From positions 82,350-146,349 of the forward strand of contig CAZIPE010000001.1 of the NCBI GenBank assembly GCA_964541305.1: DNA of 64,000 bases. The letters run 5' to 3'. The stretch comes from an uncultured Candidatus Saccharibacteria bacterium (GTDB taxonomy: Bacteria; Patescibacteriota; Saccharimonadia; Saccharimonadales; UBA7683). Each line of letters opens with the position of its first letter. The first letter of the stretch is position 1. The notes under the pieces were generated by a model, which was given only the letters and a program-made list of their open reading frames with translations, was not told the origin of the DNA and ran no database searches. Position numbers and translations under genes: made by a program. Positions 40,042-49,043 of the stretch are shown here, piece by piece.

Positions 40042-42578
40042 TTAGAAATAGTATCCTTTATGCGTGTTTTTTTAGAAGATGATTTTGGCTTATCGCCTGT
40101 CTCCAACTGAAATACCAGTTTTTTCTTTAAGGCCTGTACGGTGATAGTCTGTTCAGTCTTATAGGTGCCAGAGAGCACACCTTCAGCCAGCTGATCTTCA
40201 ACCTCATCTTGCAATACTCTTCGCAGTGATCGTACGCCGTTGTGGGCATCATAACCCTTTTTGAGCAGCCACTTTTTAGCGCTTGGCTGCACTACTAACT
40301 GAAGGGGCGTTGATGTGTGGGCCAGGCGTTGATTGAGATCTTTTATTTGTAGATCAAGTACCTGCCCAGCTTCTTTTTGAGTAAGCGCCCTGAAAACCAC
40401 TATTTTATCGAGACGATTGATTAGTTCGGGTCGCATTACGCCCTTCAGCTCATCAAGCACTCGTTCTTTATTGCTTTCATGCAAATCATCGAGATTATCC
40501 AGATCTTTTTTGGTTTCAGCACGAAACCCAAGTATAGATTCTTTCTGTAAACTCTCAGCTCCTACGTTGCCTGTCATGATTATGACAGTATTAGTGAAAT
40601 CTACACTTCGGCCTTTGGCATCGGTCAAAACACCATCTTCAAGAATCTGAAGGAGCATATTGAAGATATCGGGATGAGCCTTTTCAATTTCATCAAGCAA
40701 TATAACGCTATACGGATTACGTCGCACTTTATCAGTCAGCTGTCCGCCGTCCTCGTAACCAACGTAACCGGCCGGTGCACCAACCAAACGAGAGGCAGTG
40801 TGTCGTTCGCTAAATTCACTCATATCGATTTTAATTAACGCATCTTTTCGCTCGTATAATTCACGAGCCAAAACGCGGGCTAGCTCAGTCTTGCCGACCC
40901 CTGTTGGGCCTAGGAATATAAAAGAACCAATCGGTCGTTTTTTATCACTCATGCCAAGCCGATTGCGCCTTAAGGCACGAGCAACTGATGTGATTGCTTC
41001 TTTTTGACCGATGACATAACGAGAAAGACTCTTCTCAAGCTTAAGTAAGTAATTTGCTTCTTTTTTTATCACTTTGTGCGCGGGAATGCCGGTCATTAGT
41101 TCAATCGTCTCAGCAAGGTCTGCTTCAGAAAGCGTAAGTTTAGCTCGACCGCGTCCTCGCTGTTTTTCAAGTGTTTTTTCAAGCTCTGCCAGCTTTGTTT
41201 TATGTCGTGCTGCCGCCTCAAAGTTTTCATGATCAACCGATTCTGCCAGACGGTGCCGTATGAGCTTAATTTCTTTAAGTAATTTTCGCTGACTCTCGGG
41301 GGTTTTGCCTCGCGAGATTCTAATATGAGCGGCAGATTCGTCTAAAAGATCCAGAGCTTTGTCGGGCATGAATCGCTCGCTCAAATACCGATCGCTCAAC
41401 TCTACGGCCTGATCAATTACCTCATCAGTAATTGCCACACTATGGTGCTCTTCGTAGTGCTTCTTGAGTCCTTTAAGAATCTCGCTGGTTTGTCTGAGTG
41501 TGGGCGGGTGGACCATAACAGTTTGGAAGCGACGCTCAAGAGCGCTATCTTTTTCGATACTCTTACGATATTCCTCAATGGTCGTTGCGCCAATAACTCG
41601 TACACTTCCTCGTGCCAAAACAGGTTTAAGCATATTTGCTGCATCCATAGAACCCTCGGCTGCACCTGCACCAACAAGCAAGTGTAGTTCATCAATAAAC
41701 AGCAGTACCGTCGGGTCATTGCTGATTTCATGCATTAACGCCTTTAAGCGCTCTTCAAATTCACCGCGGTACTTTGTGCCTGCAATTAAGCCAGCAAGGT
41801 CGAGCATAATAACTCTTTTGTCGAGCAGTTTTTCTGGCACCTGCTCTTTTGCAATTCGCTGAGCGAGGCCTTCCGCAATAGCCGTTTTACCCACACCAGG
41901 CTCACCAATAAGCACCGGGTTATTCTTAGTGCGCCGGCTCAATATCGTAATAACACGACGTAATTCTTCTTCTCGACCGATAACAGGATCGAGCTTGTTG
42001 GCACGCGCCTCTTCAGTCAGATCCGTTCCAAAATATTCTAGTGCACTCTTGCCTTTTTTCCGTTTCACCTTTGATGCGTTAGCTGGTTGATTAGGTTGCA
42101 GATCTTCAAACTCATATCGTTGTTGCTGGAGATACTGTTCGAGATCTACAACTAATTCTTCTACATTAATACTCATATCGCGGAGCAGTACGTTAGCCCG
42201 AGCGTTCTTTTGAATTAAGATTCCGTATAAAATATGCTCGGTACCACAGAAGTCTTGGTTAAATTCTTTAGCAATTTCCCAGCTTGTACGAAGCGTCAGC
42301 TTTGCCGCTTCACTCAAACCCTTGCTACCGACACTTATAACGATAGATTTAGGAGTTAACTTCAAAGCCGTGCGAGCACGATCAATTGTCACACCAGATG
42401 TTTCAAGTAGCTTCGCTCCGACAGAACTTTCTTGGCTGAGCACTCCAAGAAGTATGTGTTCCGTTCCTACATAGGCGCTACCCATACTCCGGGCAATTCC
42501 TTCGGCATTTCGAAGAGACAACCGAGCATTTTCAGTCAGTCGTTTGAGGTAATCCTGAAAGTCTGAACTTGCGTGCAT
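40038..42578 (-). CDS. clpC: ATP-dependent Clp protease ATP-binding subunit ClpC
   Basis: 846 aa with a double Clp_N repeat and two AAA+ modules ([16 protein letters not shown]). Confidence 0.97.
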   Translation of the reverse strand: MHASSDFQDYLKRLTENARLSLRNAEGIARSMGSAYVGTEHILLGVLSQESSVGAKLLETSGVTIDRARTALKLTPKSIVISVGSKGLSEAAKLTLRTSWEIAKEFNQDFCGTEHILYGILIQKNARANVLLRDMSINVEELVVDLEQYLQQQRYEFEDLQPNQPANASKVKRKKGKSALEYFGTDLTEEARANKLDPVIGREEELRRVITILSRRTKNNPVLIGEPGVGKTAIAEGLAQRIAKEQVPEKLLDKRVIMLDLAGLIAGTKYRGEFEERLKALMHEISNDPTVLLFIDELHLLVGAGAAEGSMDAANMLKPVLARGSVRVIGATTIEEYRKSIEKDSALERRFQTVMVHPPTLRQTSEILKGLKKHYEEHHSVAITDEVIDQAVELSDRYLSERFMPDKALDLLDESAAHIRISRGKTPESQRKLLKEIKLIRHRLAESVDHENFEAAARHKTKLAELEKTLEKQRGRGRAKLTLSEADLAETIELMTGIPAHKVIKKEANYLLKLEKSLSRYVIGQKEAITSVARALRRNRLGMSDKKRPIGSFIFLGPTGVGKTELARVLARELYERKDALIKIDMSEFSERHTASRLVGAPAGYVGYEDGGQLTDKVRRNPYSVILLDEIEKAHPDIFNMLLQILEDGVLTDAKGRSVDFTNTVIIMTGNVGAESLQKESILGFRAETKKDLDNLDDLHESNKERVLDELKGVMRPELINRLDKIVVFRALTQKEAGQVLDLQIKDLNQRLAHTSTPLQLVVQPSAKKWLLKKGYDAHNGVRSLRRVLQDEVEDQLAEGVLSGTYKTEQTITVQALKKKLVFQLETGDKPKSSSKKTRIKDTISK

Positions 42579-42656
42579 GTTCTAATTATACTCCCTATCG
42601 CCCATTGTTTCGTTAGTATTGAAAATTTTACGATATAAATTTATAGTCACTCCTAC

Positions 42657-42685
42657 AGTATAGTAAATTAGCACTCTCGATACAA
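42657..42685 (-). promoter_or_regulatory. clpC promoter
   Basis: Minus strand reads TTGTAT (42680-42685), 17 nt, TATACT (42657-42662). The leader is roughly 75 nt and carries an AGGGAG SD. Confidence 0.55.
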
Positions 42686-42694
42686 GACTGCTAA
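42668..42694. promoter_or_regulatory. CIRCE-like inverted repeat (putative HrcA operator)
   Basis: TTAGCACTC-tcgatacaa-GACTGCTAA matches the CIRCE consensus at 17/18 positions, with the single mismatch at the same position as the clpP copy. It overlaps the -35 and spacer of the clpC promoter and the stop codon of the upstream ORF. Confidence 0.7.
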
Positions 42695-43224
42695 TCTAAT
42701 CGCTCTGTGAAATCAGGTTGCGCAGTGAATTTTGGTTCATTTACTCGTTGACCGGTAAACCCATCTCTCGGATGGAAGTATTTGTCCTGAAAGTAGTCTC
42801 TTTTAAGACCGTCGAATGCGCAGAGTATATCACCCTGTAATTCCCCTTGTGTAAAATAACTCATAGCTGTCTCTATCTGATCAAGCGTCGATCTATGGTC
42901 ACGTTCTGTTTCGTTCCGCACCTCATCGAGTGCATAAAAAAATGATCGAGCACGTGCATCTGGGCCAAGCCTGTCAGGTTCATCAGAATACATCACTTCT
43001 AGAACTACCGGTACGATATCAACCAGTTCATTGTCGGGATTATCTTGCATAGCAATATCGAGTATTGCACGGTGTAGATGTCCGCCCCAGTTGTCTCTTA
43101 GTTTCGGCCACACCCACTCTTCTTCCACAACTTGGCGCATAAAGTCTCTACACTCACCAAACTTTACAAAAGCAACTGGGCTGCAGTTTCGCTCTCTCCA
43201 AAGTGAGACTGGATATTCCGTCAT
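42691..43224 (-). CDS. hypothetical protein, 177 aa
   Basis: Uninterrupted acidic, Trp-rich ORF between nusA and clpC. I recognise no family. Confidence 0.6.
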   Translation of the reverse strand: MTEYPVSLWRERNCSPVAFVKFGECRDFMRQVVEEEWVWPKLRDNWGGHLHRAILDIAMQDNPDNELVDIVPVVLEVMYSDEPDRLGPDARARSFFYALDEVRNETERDHRSTLDQIETAMSYFTQGELQGDILCAFDGLKRDYFQDKYFHPRDGFTGQRVNEPKFTAQPDFTERLD

Positions 43225-43230
43225 ATCTAT

Positions 43231-44457
43231 CTACTCTTCGTGGGACTCGATGGCGTCAATTAAGCCGGCCTCGATGTCGTCGCGTCGCTTTGGTTTTGTA
43301 GACTTCTTCTCGGCTGGTTTTGAAGGCGCTGGAGCAGGCTTAGGAGCTTCAACTTCAACAGGTTTTTCAGCTGGCTTTTCTTCAACTACTTCAACAACGG
43401 GAGCTGGAGCAGGAGTTGCTGATTCAATGTCGAGCTCATAGCCTGTAAGCTTGCTAGCAAGTCGTACGTTTTGACCACCCTTACCAATAGCAATTGAAAG
43501 CTGATCTTGTGGGACAAGCACTCGGGCATGTTTACCAGATTCGTTAATTTCAACACGAGTTACTTCTGTTGGTGAAAGTGCGTTTTTAATGTACGTTTCA
43601 GAGTCTTCAGCAAATGTGATGATGTCAATCTTCTCCTGTTCACCAATCTCCTGCATAACAGCCTGTACGCGAGTACCGTGACCACCAACGAAGGTGCCCA
43701 CTGGGTCAACACCCGGAACGGTAGAAGCAACTGCCAGCTTGGTGCGCATACCTGCTTGACGTGCGATACCTTTAATTTCAACAGCACCACTTTCCATTTC
43801 TGGCACTTCTTGTCGGAAAAGGAACTCAATGAACTTATCGTTAGCTCGCGAAAGCACCAGCTGAGGACCTCTGAATTCGCGTTCAACATCTTTTAGAAAT
43901 ACTTTTACACGTGCACCGACGCCGTAGTATTCACCAGGTATCTGTTCGCTAGCAGGTAGAATCCCCACTGCTTTACCAAGATCAATACGAACTATGCGAG
44001 GCTCAACACGTTGGACAGTACCAACAAGCACGGTACCGATCTTATCTTCATATTCGTTCATGATGATCTCACGTTCTGCTTCACGTAGACGTTGTAAGAT
44101 GACCTGCTTCGCTGTCTGAGCTGCAACACGACCAAAAGTAGTAGGATGCTCGGTAATTTCAATCACATCACCGACTTTCGCATCTTTTTTATGTGCTTTT
44201 GCCTGCTCAACTGTCATTTGCTGAGCATCGTTTTCAACCGCATCACCTTCGACTACATCGTAGCTTGTAACGGCCGTCATGTCGCCGGTGTGATGATTTA
44301 GTATTACTTTTACATTCTGCTCTCGTTCACCGTAATCTTTGCGGTACGCAGCTGCTAGCGCCTGCTCGACAGACTCGGCTACGATATCTTCAGGAAGATT
44401 CTTTTCTTCAGCGATTTGTTTAATTGCTGTTATTAATTGTTTTATTTGTAGTTCCAT
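43231..44457 (-). CDS. nusA: transcription termination/antitermination factor NusA (with Pro/Ala/Lys-rich C-terminal tail)
   Basis: 408 aa with an N-terminal domain, S1 and two KH domains (IGKGGQNVRLASKLTG). The last ~70 aa are low-complexity. Confidence 0.97.
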   Translation of the reverse strand: MELQIKQLITAIKQIAEEKNLPEDIVAESVEQALAAAYRKDYGEREQNVKVILNHHTGDMTAVTSYDVVEGDAVENDAQQMTVEQAKAHKKDAKVGDVIEITEHPTTFGRVAAQTAKQVILQRLREAEREIIMNEYEDKIGTVLVGTVQRVEPRIVRIDLGKAVGILPASEQIPGEYYGVGARVKVFLKDVEREFRGPQLVLSRANDKFIEFLFRQEVPEMESGAVEIKGIARQAGMRTKLAVASTVPGVDPVGTFVGGHGTRVQAVMQEIGEQEKIDIITFAEDSETYIKNALSPTEVTRVEINESGKHARVLVPQDQLSIAIGKGGQNVRLASKLTGYELDIESATPAPAPVVEVVEEKPAEKPVEVEAPKPAPAPSKPAEKKSTKPKRRDDIEAGLIDAIESHEE

Positions 44458-44500
44458 TTTATGTTTCCTTTCGTTTTAAAATGAATGTGGTTCTAAGATG

Positions 44501-44523
44501 AAAAACGCCGACCTGCTGGCCGG
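44501..44523 (-). terminator. short hairpin + U-tract between the upstream ORF and nusA
   Basis: Minus-strand RNA reads CCGGCC-AGCA-GGUCGG then CGUUUUU. It forms a G.U wobble on the minus strand only, and an A.C mismatch on the plus strand. Confidence 0.5.
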
Positions 44524-44536
44524 ACTGTACATGCCT

Positions 44537-44564
44537 ATTATACTCCCTGGGAATAATGAGTCAA
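44537..44564 (-). promoter_or_regulatory. strong promoter-like element upstream of nusA
   Basis: Minus strand reads TTGACT (44559-44564), 16 nt, TATAAT (44537-44542). It lies immediately after the stop of the upstream ORF and upstream of the hairpin. Confidence 0.55.
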
Positions 44565-44565
44565 C

Positions 44566-45015
44566 CTAACCCTCTGCAAAATATGGCATCTCATTAGCTG
44601 AAAAAGCTGACATACTGACCATGCCCAAAGCAATCTGGTCTTCCGCACGCTTAACTCTCATTGACGCGATTTCACCATAAGACTCAGCAACGACCGTCTC
44701 TGCAAGCGCAACACCAAAACCTTCTCTAGCAGTAAATAACAGTAGTGCCCTCCCCGATAACCTGAGCAGACCATCCGGAGTATCTTTTTCAGAAAAGCGT
44801 TCCACTAATAACCCCGTTGATATCTGAACTACTCCGCCAACATCTCCTCTGGATCTTATGGCTATACCACGAAATTTCGTGCTTGCCTGATCACCAGGCA
44901 TTACTACAGAAGCAAGGTCACAAAGAGCCTCTGAAAGTATTGGGGATGCCCAATTACTCATGACGAGACCCTCGGGGTCACTTCGACTCACAATCACCAT
45001 ATCTCTTTCACTCAT
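44566..45015 (-). CDS. hypothetical protein, about 149 aa
   Basis: Start set at MSERDMVIV (45015), 8 nt after TATACT, with TTGACA further upstream. It occupies the position usually held by rimP but shows no RimP similarity. Confidence 0.55.
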   Translation of the reverse strand: MSERDMVIVSRSDPEGLVMSNWASPILSEALCDLASVVMPGDQASTKFRGIAIRSRGDVGGVVQISTGLLVERFSEKDTPDGLLRLSGRALLLFTAREGFGVALAETVVAESYGEIASMRVKRAEDQIALGMVSMSAFSANEMPYFAEG

Positions 45016-45068
45016 GAATATATAGTATATCATTTTGTCGTATATGTCAATACTTTATACTAGTGCCT

Positions 45069-47588
45069 ATGATTAAAAAACTACACGATCTTTTCAAGCC
45101 AGAAAACTATGACCTGCACCTCGACATCAACACCAAAGATTCTGAGTTTTTTGGTATTGTTGAAATTTCAGGTGAGCTTGCCTACGAAAGTTCCATGGTA
45201 GAGCTTCACTCAAAAGACTTGAAAATAATCTCGGCGACCATTAACGGTGATAAAGCCTCTGCAAGCTTTGGAGCCCACGACACACTAAAGCTTCAAAACG
45301 AGAAGGAGCTTAAAGCAGGACAGATTAAGATCAAGGTTGAATTTTCTGGAACAATCACCGATCACATGCATGGTATATATCCTTGTTATTTTAACTATGA
45401 AGGAAAGCGCAAAAAACTTATTGCCACACAGTTTGAAAGTCATCATGCACGCGAAGCATTCCCTTGCGTAGACGAGCCCTCAGGTAAAGCAACTTTTGAT
45501 CTCGAGTTTGCAACCAATGCGAACGAGACCGTACTTGCAAACACCCCTGTTAAAAAACAACGTACCGAACATACACGGCTCATAACACGCTTTGAAACAA
45601 CGCCAAAAATGAGTCCGTATCTTCTTGCGTTTGTTACCGGCGAGATGATCAGCGTAGAAGCTAAAACTAAAAGTGGCATAACGGTAAAGAGTTGGGCCTC
45701 AAAAGCGCAAGATCCGAGCTTTCTAAACTTTTCGGTATCAGAAGCAGTTGCGTATATTGATTTTTATGAGGAATACTTCGGTGTAAAATACCCACTTAGC
45801 AAATGCGATCAGGTAGCGTTACCTGATTTTGAGAGCGGTGCAATGGAAAACTGGGGCTTAATTACCTACCGCGAATCGGTCATGCTTGATAACCCCACCA
45901 ACCCTTCGCTCAGTACACGACAGTACATTGCCATTGTGACTGCTCACGAGCTCGCCCATCAGTGGTTTGGGAACTTGGTGACCATGAAGTGGTGGGATGA
46001 CTTGTGGCTCAACGAGAGTTTTGCAAGCATTATTGAATATATTGCTGTTGATCGCATACATCCTGAATGGCATATGTGGGAAGATTACGTCTCAGCCGAC
46101 GCAATCAACGCCACGAACCGTGATGTGTACTTAGATGTTCAGCCGGTTCGTGTTGAAGTAAATGACCCTGAAGTTATTCATACAATTTTTGACCCTTCAA
46201 TTGTCTACGCTAAAGGGGGTAAATTATTGAAAGCCTTACATGACTTTATTGGTGAAGATGCATGGCGTAAAGGTTTAAAACAGTATTTCAAGACGCACGC
46301 CTACAGCAACACTACGGGAGATGACCTATGGGAGGCACTTGCCGAAGCATCTGGTGCAGATGTTGCAGGGCTTATGAATACCTGGCTTGAACAGCCCGGG
46401 CTACCAAAGGTGAGTGTTACCCAGCACGGCCACGGGGTTGAACTAGAGCAGAAGCGACTACTACTTGATGGAAGCGATGGTGACTCAACCTGGATTATCC
46501 CTCTCGCAAACGGGAAAGAAGTTACGATGTTGGCGACAGCCTCTCAATCAGTAGAAATGAAAGATGATAACTGGGTCATGCTCAATCATAGTGGGATTGG
46601 GCACTTCGTCACCGACTACACCGTTCCAGCACACAAAAAATGGATTGCTCAGCAGATACATAACCCAAAACAACCCAGCACCTGGAAGATTGCGCGTTTG
46701 AATGAGTTAATTATGTTAGCTCGCCACGGTGATACTGATTTGACCGAAGCTTTGAATGGTATTGAGGGCAGTTCCGGTGAACAACGGGCGGCGGTATGGT
46801 CACAAATTGCGACGGTTATCGGACATGCCAGAAACTTAACCGAGGGCGATAAAGAAACACGCTATAAAATACGTACTTGGATGTATAACTTAGTTGAAGA
46901 TCATTACGAAAAGCTCGGCTGGGACTATAGTGAAACAGAAGACAGTAACACCACACACCTGAGAACGACCGTACTTAGCATAGCGATGGGTTCGCGCAAC
47001 GAACAAGCAATAAAAAAAGCCCTTGAGATCTACGCACTAACGTCAGATATAGCTAATCTTCCTTCTGAAATACGAACAAACATTCTCGGAGTAGCGGTAC
47101 GACGCAGTAAAGATCCTGATGTGGCGCAAGAGTTGCTGAAGATATACACCGCATCTCACAGCGCTGAACTGCGCAGTGATATCTGCGTAGCCCTTACTTC
47201 AACACACAAAAAAGAAGACTACACTCACCTCATTTCACTCATGACCGACACCACTATCGTACGGACACAAGATACCATACGCTGGTTTGTGTATTTACTC
47301 AGAAATCGCCATAGTCGTGATGCAACCTGGCATTGGTTAAAAGAAAATTGGAGTTGGATTGAAAAAACCTTCGGAGGAAGTAAAAGTTATGATGATTTTG
47401 CACGCTACAGCGCCAGTATATTCAACACTGAGGAGTGGCTTAAGCGCTACATCGCGTTCTTTTCAGACAGGCAGTCCGATCCTACGCTAAAGCGAACCAT
47501 TGCCATCGGCATTAAAGAGATTGAAGCGCGTGTTGCGTGGCGTGAACGAGATGAGCCGAAAATTGTATCTTGGTTTGAAAAACGTTAA
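45069..47588 (+). CDS. pepN: aminopeptidase N (M1 family)
   Basis: About 839 aa with GAMENWG and HELAHQWFGNLVTMKWWDDLWLNESFA motifs. The ATG at 45069 lies 7 nt after TATACT. The track GTG at 45063 is possible. Confidence 0.96.
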   Translation: MIKKLHDLFKPENYDLHLDINTKDSEFFGIVEISGELAYESSMVELHSKDLKIISATINGDKASASFGAHDTLKLQNEKELKAGQIKIKVEFSGTITDHMHGIYPCYFNYEGKRKKLIATQFESHHAREAFPCVDEPSGKATFDLEFATNANETVLANTPVKKQRTEHTRLITRFETTPKMSPYLLAFVTGEMISVEAKTKSGITVKSWASKAQDPSFLNFSVSEAVAYIDFYEEYFGVKYPLSKCDQVALPDFESGAMENWGLITYRESVMLDNPTNPSLSTRQYIAIVTAHELAHQWFGNLVTMKWWDDLWLNESFASIIEYIAVDRIHPEWHMWEDYVSADAINATNRDVYLDVQPVRVEVNDPEVIHTIFDPSIVYAKGGKLLKALHDFIGEDAWRKGLKQYFKTHAYSNTTGDDLWEALAEASGADVAGLMNTWLEQPGLPKVSVTQHGHGVELEQKRLLLDGSDGDSTWIIPLANGKEVTMLATASQSVEMKDDNWVMLNHSGIGHFVTDYTVPAHKKWIAQQIHNPKQPSTWKIARLNELIMLARHGDTDLTEALNGIEGSSGEQRAAVWSQIATVIGHARNLTEGDKETRYKIRTWMYNLVEDHYEKLGWDYSETEDSNTTHLRTTVLSIAMGSRNEQAIKKALEIYALTSDIANLPSEIRTNILGVAVRRSKDPDVAQELLKIYTASHSAELRSDICVALTSTHKKEDYTHLISLMTDTTIVRTQDTIRWFVYLLRNRHSRDATWHWLKENWSWIEKTFGGSKSYDDFARYSASIFNTEEWLKRYIAFFSDRQSDPTLKRTIAIGIKEIEARVAWRERDEPKIVSWFEKR

Positions 47589-47592
47589 GTTC

Positions 47593-47931
47593 TTACGTTA
47601 AGCTTGGCTCAAAGCGGGCTACAACAAAGTCTGAAGCTACCTCTACTCCTGAAAGCTCCCAATCACCTTCGTAGTTATGCTCTTGCACCCAGCACTGAGC
47701 AGCAAACTGCATTTGATGTAGTTTTTTGGGTGTAATATATTCTAACCCACCACCTTGATTTTCCGTACTTCTATATTTCACTTCAACAAAATAGGCTACA
47801 TTATCTCTCCTCGCAATGATATCAATCTCACACATTCGTGTGCGCCAATTTCTTTCAATAATTGCAAACCCATTTTCAATTAAATAGTCGCACGCAGAAG
47901 ATTCTGCCTGATTACCAACCTCGGTGCTCAC
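47593..47931 (-). CDS. yraN: YraN-family (UPF0102) endonuclease-like protein
   Basis: 112 aa, ACDYLIENGFAIIERNWRTRMCEIDIIA...YFVEVKYR. Lies downstream of rnhB, as in many bacteria. Confidence 0.85.
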   Translation of the reverse strand: MSTEVGNQAESSACDYLIENGFAIIERNWRTRMCEIDIIARRDNVAYFVEVKYRSTENQGGGLEYITPKKLHQMQFAAQCWVQEHNYEGDWELSGVEVASDFVVARFEPSLT

Positions 47932-48485
47932 AACAAGGCCTTAATTGGTTTGTATGATTGTCTGTGAATCTCAGTTACACCGTGCTCCTGCAGTGCACTA
48001 CGATGCAATCGTGTTCCGTAGCCAACATGTTTTTCAAAAGAATAGTTCGGGTATTTTACGGCAATTTCTTTCATGTAACTGTCGCGTGCCACCTTAGCGA
48101 CAATTGAAGCGGCAGACACAGCAGGTACGGTGTCATCAGCTTTAATCAAAGCAGTAGTACGAGGTATGTCAGAAAGAAAGTTATAGTTACCATCAATTAC
48201 TATTTCAATATCATAATAGTCAATTTGTTCGAGCGCCCTTCGCATGGCCAGTCTCACGCTTTCGGTCAGACCGAGAACGTCAACCTCTTTTGCATCAACC
48301 CAGCCTACGCCAATTGCGTGGGCATTTTTTTGAATCTCTACATTGAGTAGGTTTCGCTTACGTTCAGATAACTTTTTAGAATCTTTCAACCCATTAATCG
48401 CCGTCACGTCATCCATTAGTACTGCCGAGGCCACTAGAGGCCCCGCCCAACAACCTCGCCCCACTTCATCAATGCCTATAATCAT
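47928..48485 (-). CDS. rnhB: ribonuclease HII
   Basis: 185 aa, IIGIDEVGRGCWAGPLV..., DSKKLS. Confidence 0.95.
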   Translation of the reverse strand: MIIGIDEVGRGCWAGPLVASAVLMDDVTAINGLKDSKKLSERKRNLLNVEIQKNAHAIGVGWVDAKEVDVLGLTESVRLAMRRALEQIDYYDIEIVIDGNYNFLSDIPRTTALIKADDTVPAVSAASIVAKVARDSYMKEIAVKYPNYSFEKHVGYGTRLHRSALQEHGVTEIHRQSYKPIKALL

Positions 48486-48515
48486 AGGTTAGATTATAGC
48501 AATAGTGAGACTACT

Positions 48516-49043
48516 CTACTTAGCTTCGGCTTGTTTGTGAGCTTCTTCTACTGCCTTTGCTTTTGCTTCAAGCTTGGCTTCTTCTTCAGCTTTTTTAGCT
48601 GCTTCAATTTCGTGTTGCTTTTCAGCTTCAAGTTTCAGCTTCTCTTCTTCTGCTTCTGCTTGTGCATCATGAACGTCGTTCACTGCAGATTTATCAAAAT
48701 CAACACTTGAAAGTCGAGCACTCTTACCGCTACGGCTACGCATGTAGGTAAGATAATTGCGTCGAACTTTGCTTCGCTTTACTACTTCAACTTTCGTAAT
48801 AGTAGGGCTGTGAAGAATAAAGCTTTTTTCGACTCCAACGCCACTTGCAATACGTCGTACGGTGATGGTACTGGTGAGACTGTCTTTTCGGTCAGTACGA
48901 ATAACGAGTCCTTCAAAAATCTGGACGCGCTCTTTGTTGCCTTCTTTAATTTTTTGGTGAACTTTTACCGTATCACCGCTACGCACGTCGACGACCTGCT
49001 TTTTCTTAAATGAAGATTCAATTTCTTTAATAACTGATTGCAT
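48516..49043 (-). CDS. rplS: 50S ribosomal protein L19 with Lys/Glu/Ala-rich C-terminal extension
   Basis: L19 core (GDTVKVHQKIKEGNKERVQIFEGLVI...) followed by an AEAEEEKLKLEAEKQ... tail of about 60 aa. Start set at ATG 49043. The track uses the TTG at 49049. Confidence 0.95.
   Translation of the reverse strand: MQSVIKEIESSFKKKQVVDVRSGDTVKVHQKIKEGNKERVQIFEGLVIRTDRKDSLTSTITVRRIASGVGVEKSFILHSPTITKVEVVKRSKVRRNYLTYMRSRSGKSARLSSVDFDKSAVNDVHDAQAEAEEEKLKLEAEKQHEIEAAKKAEEEAKLEAKAKAVEEAHKQAEAK

Noticed and set aside
48530-48700. Apparent DNA tandem repeats (GCTTC/TTCAGC-rich) in the rplS 3' region, with similar tracts at 43260-43420 (nusA) and 15560-15700 (rpoB).
   Set aside because: They are in-frame low-complexity coding sequence (KEA-, PAP- and DE-rich tails), not non-coding repeats or CRISPR-like arrays.
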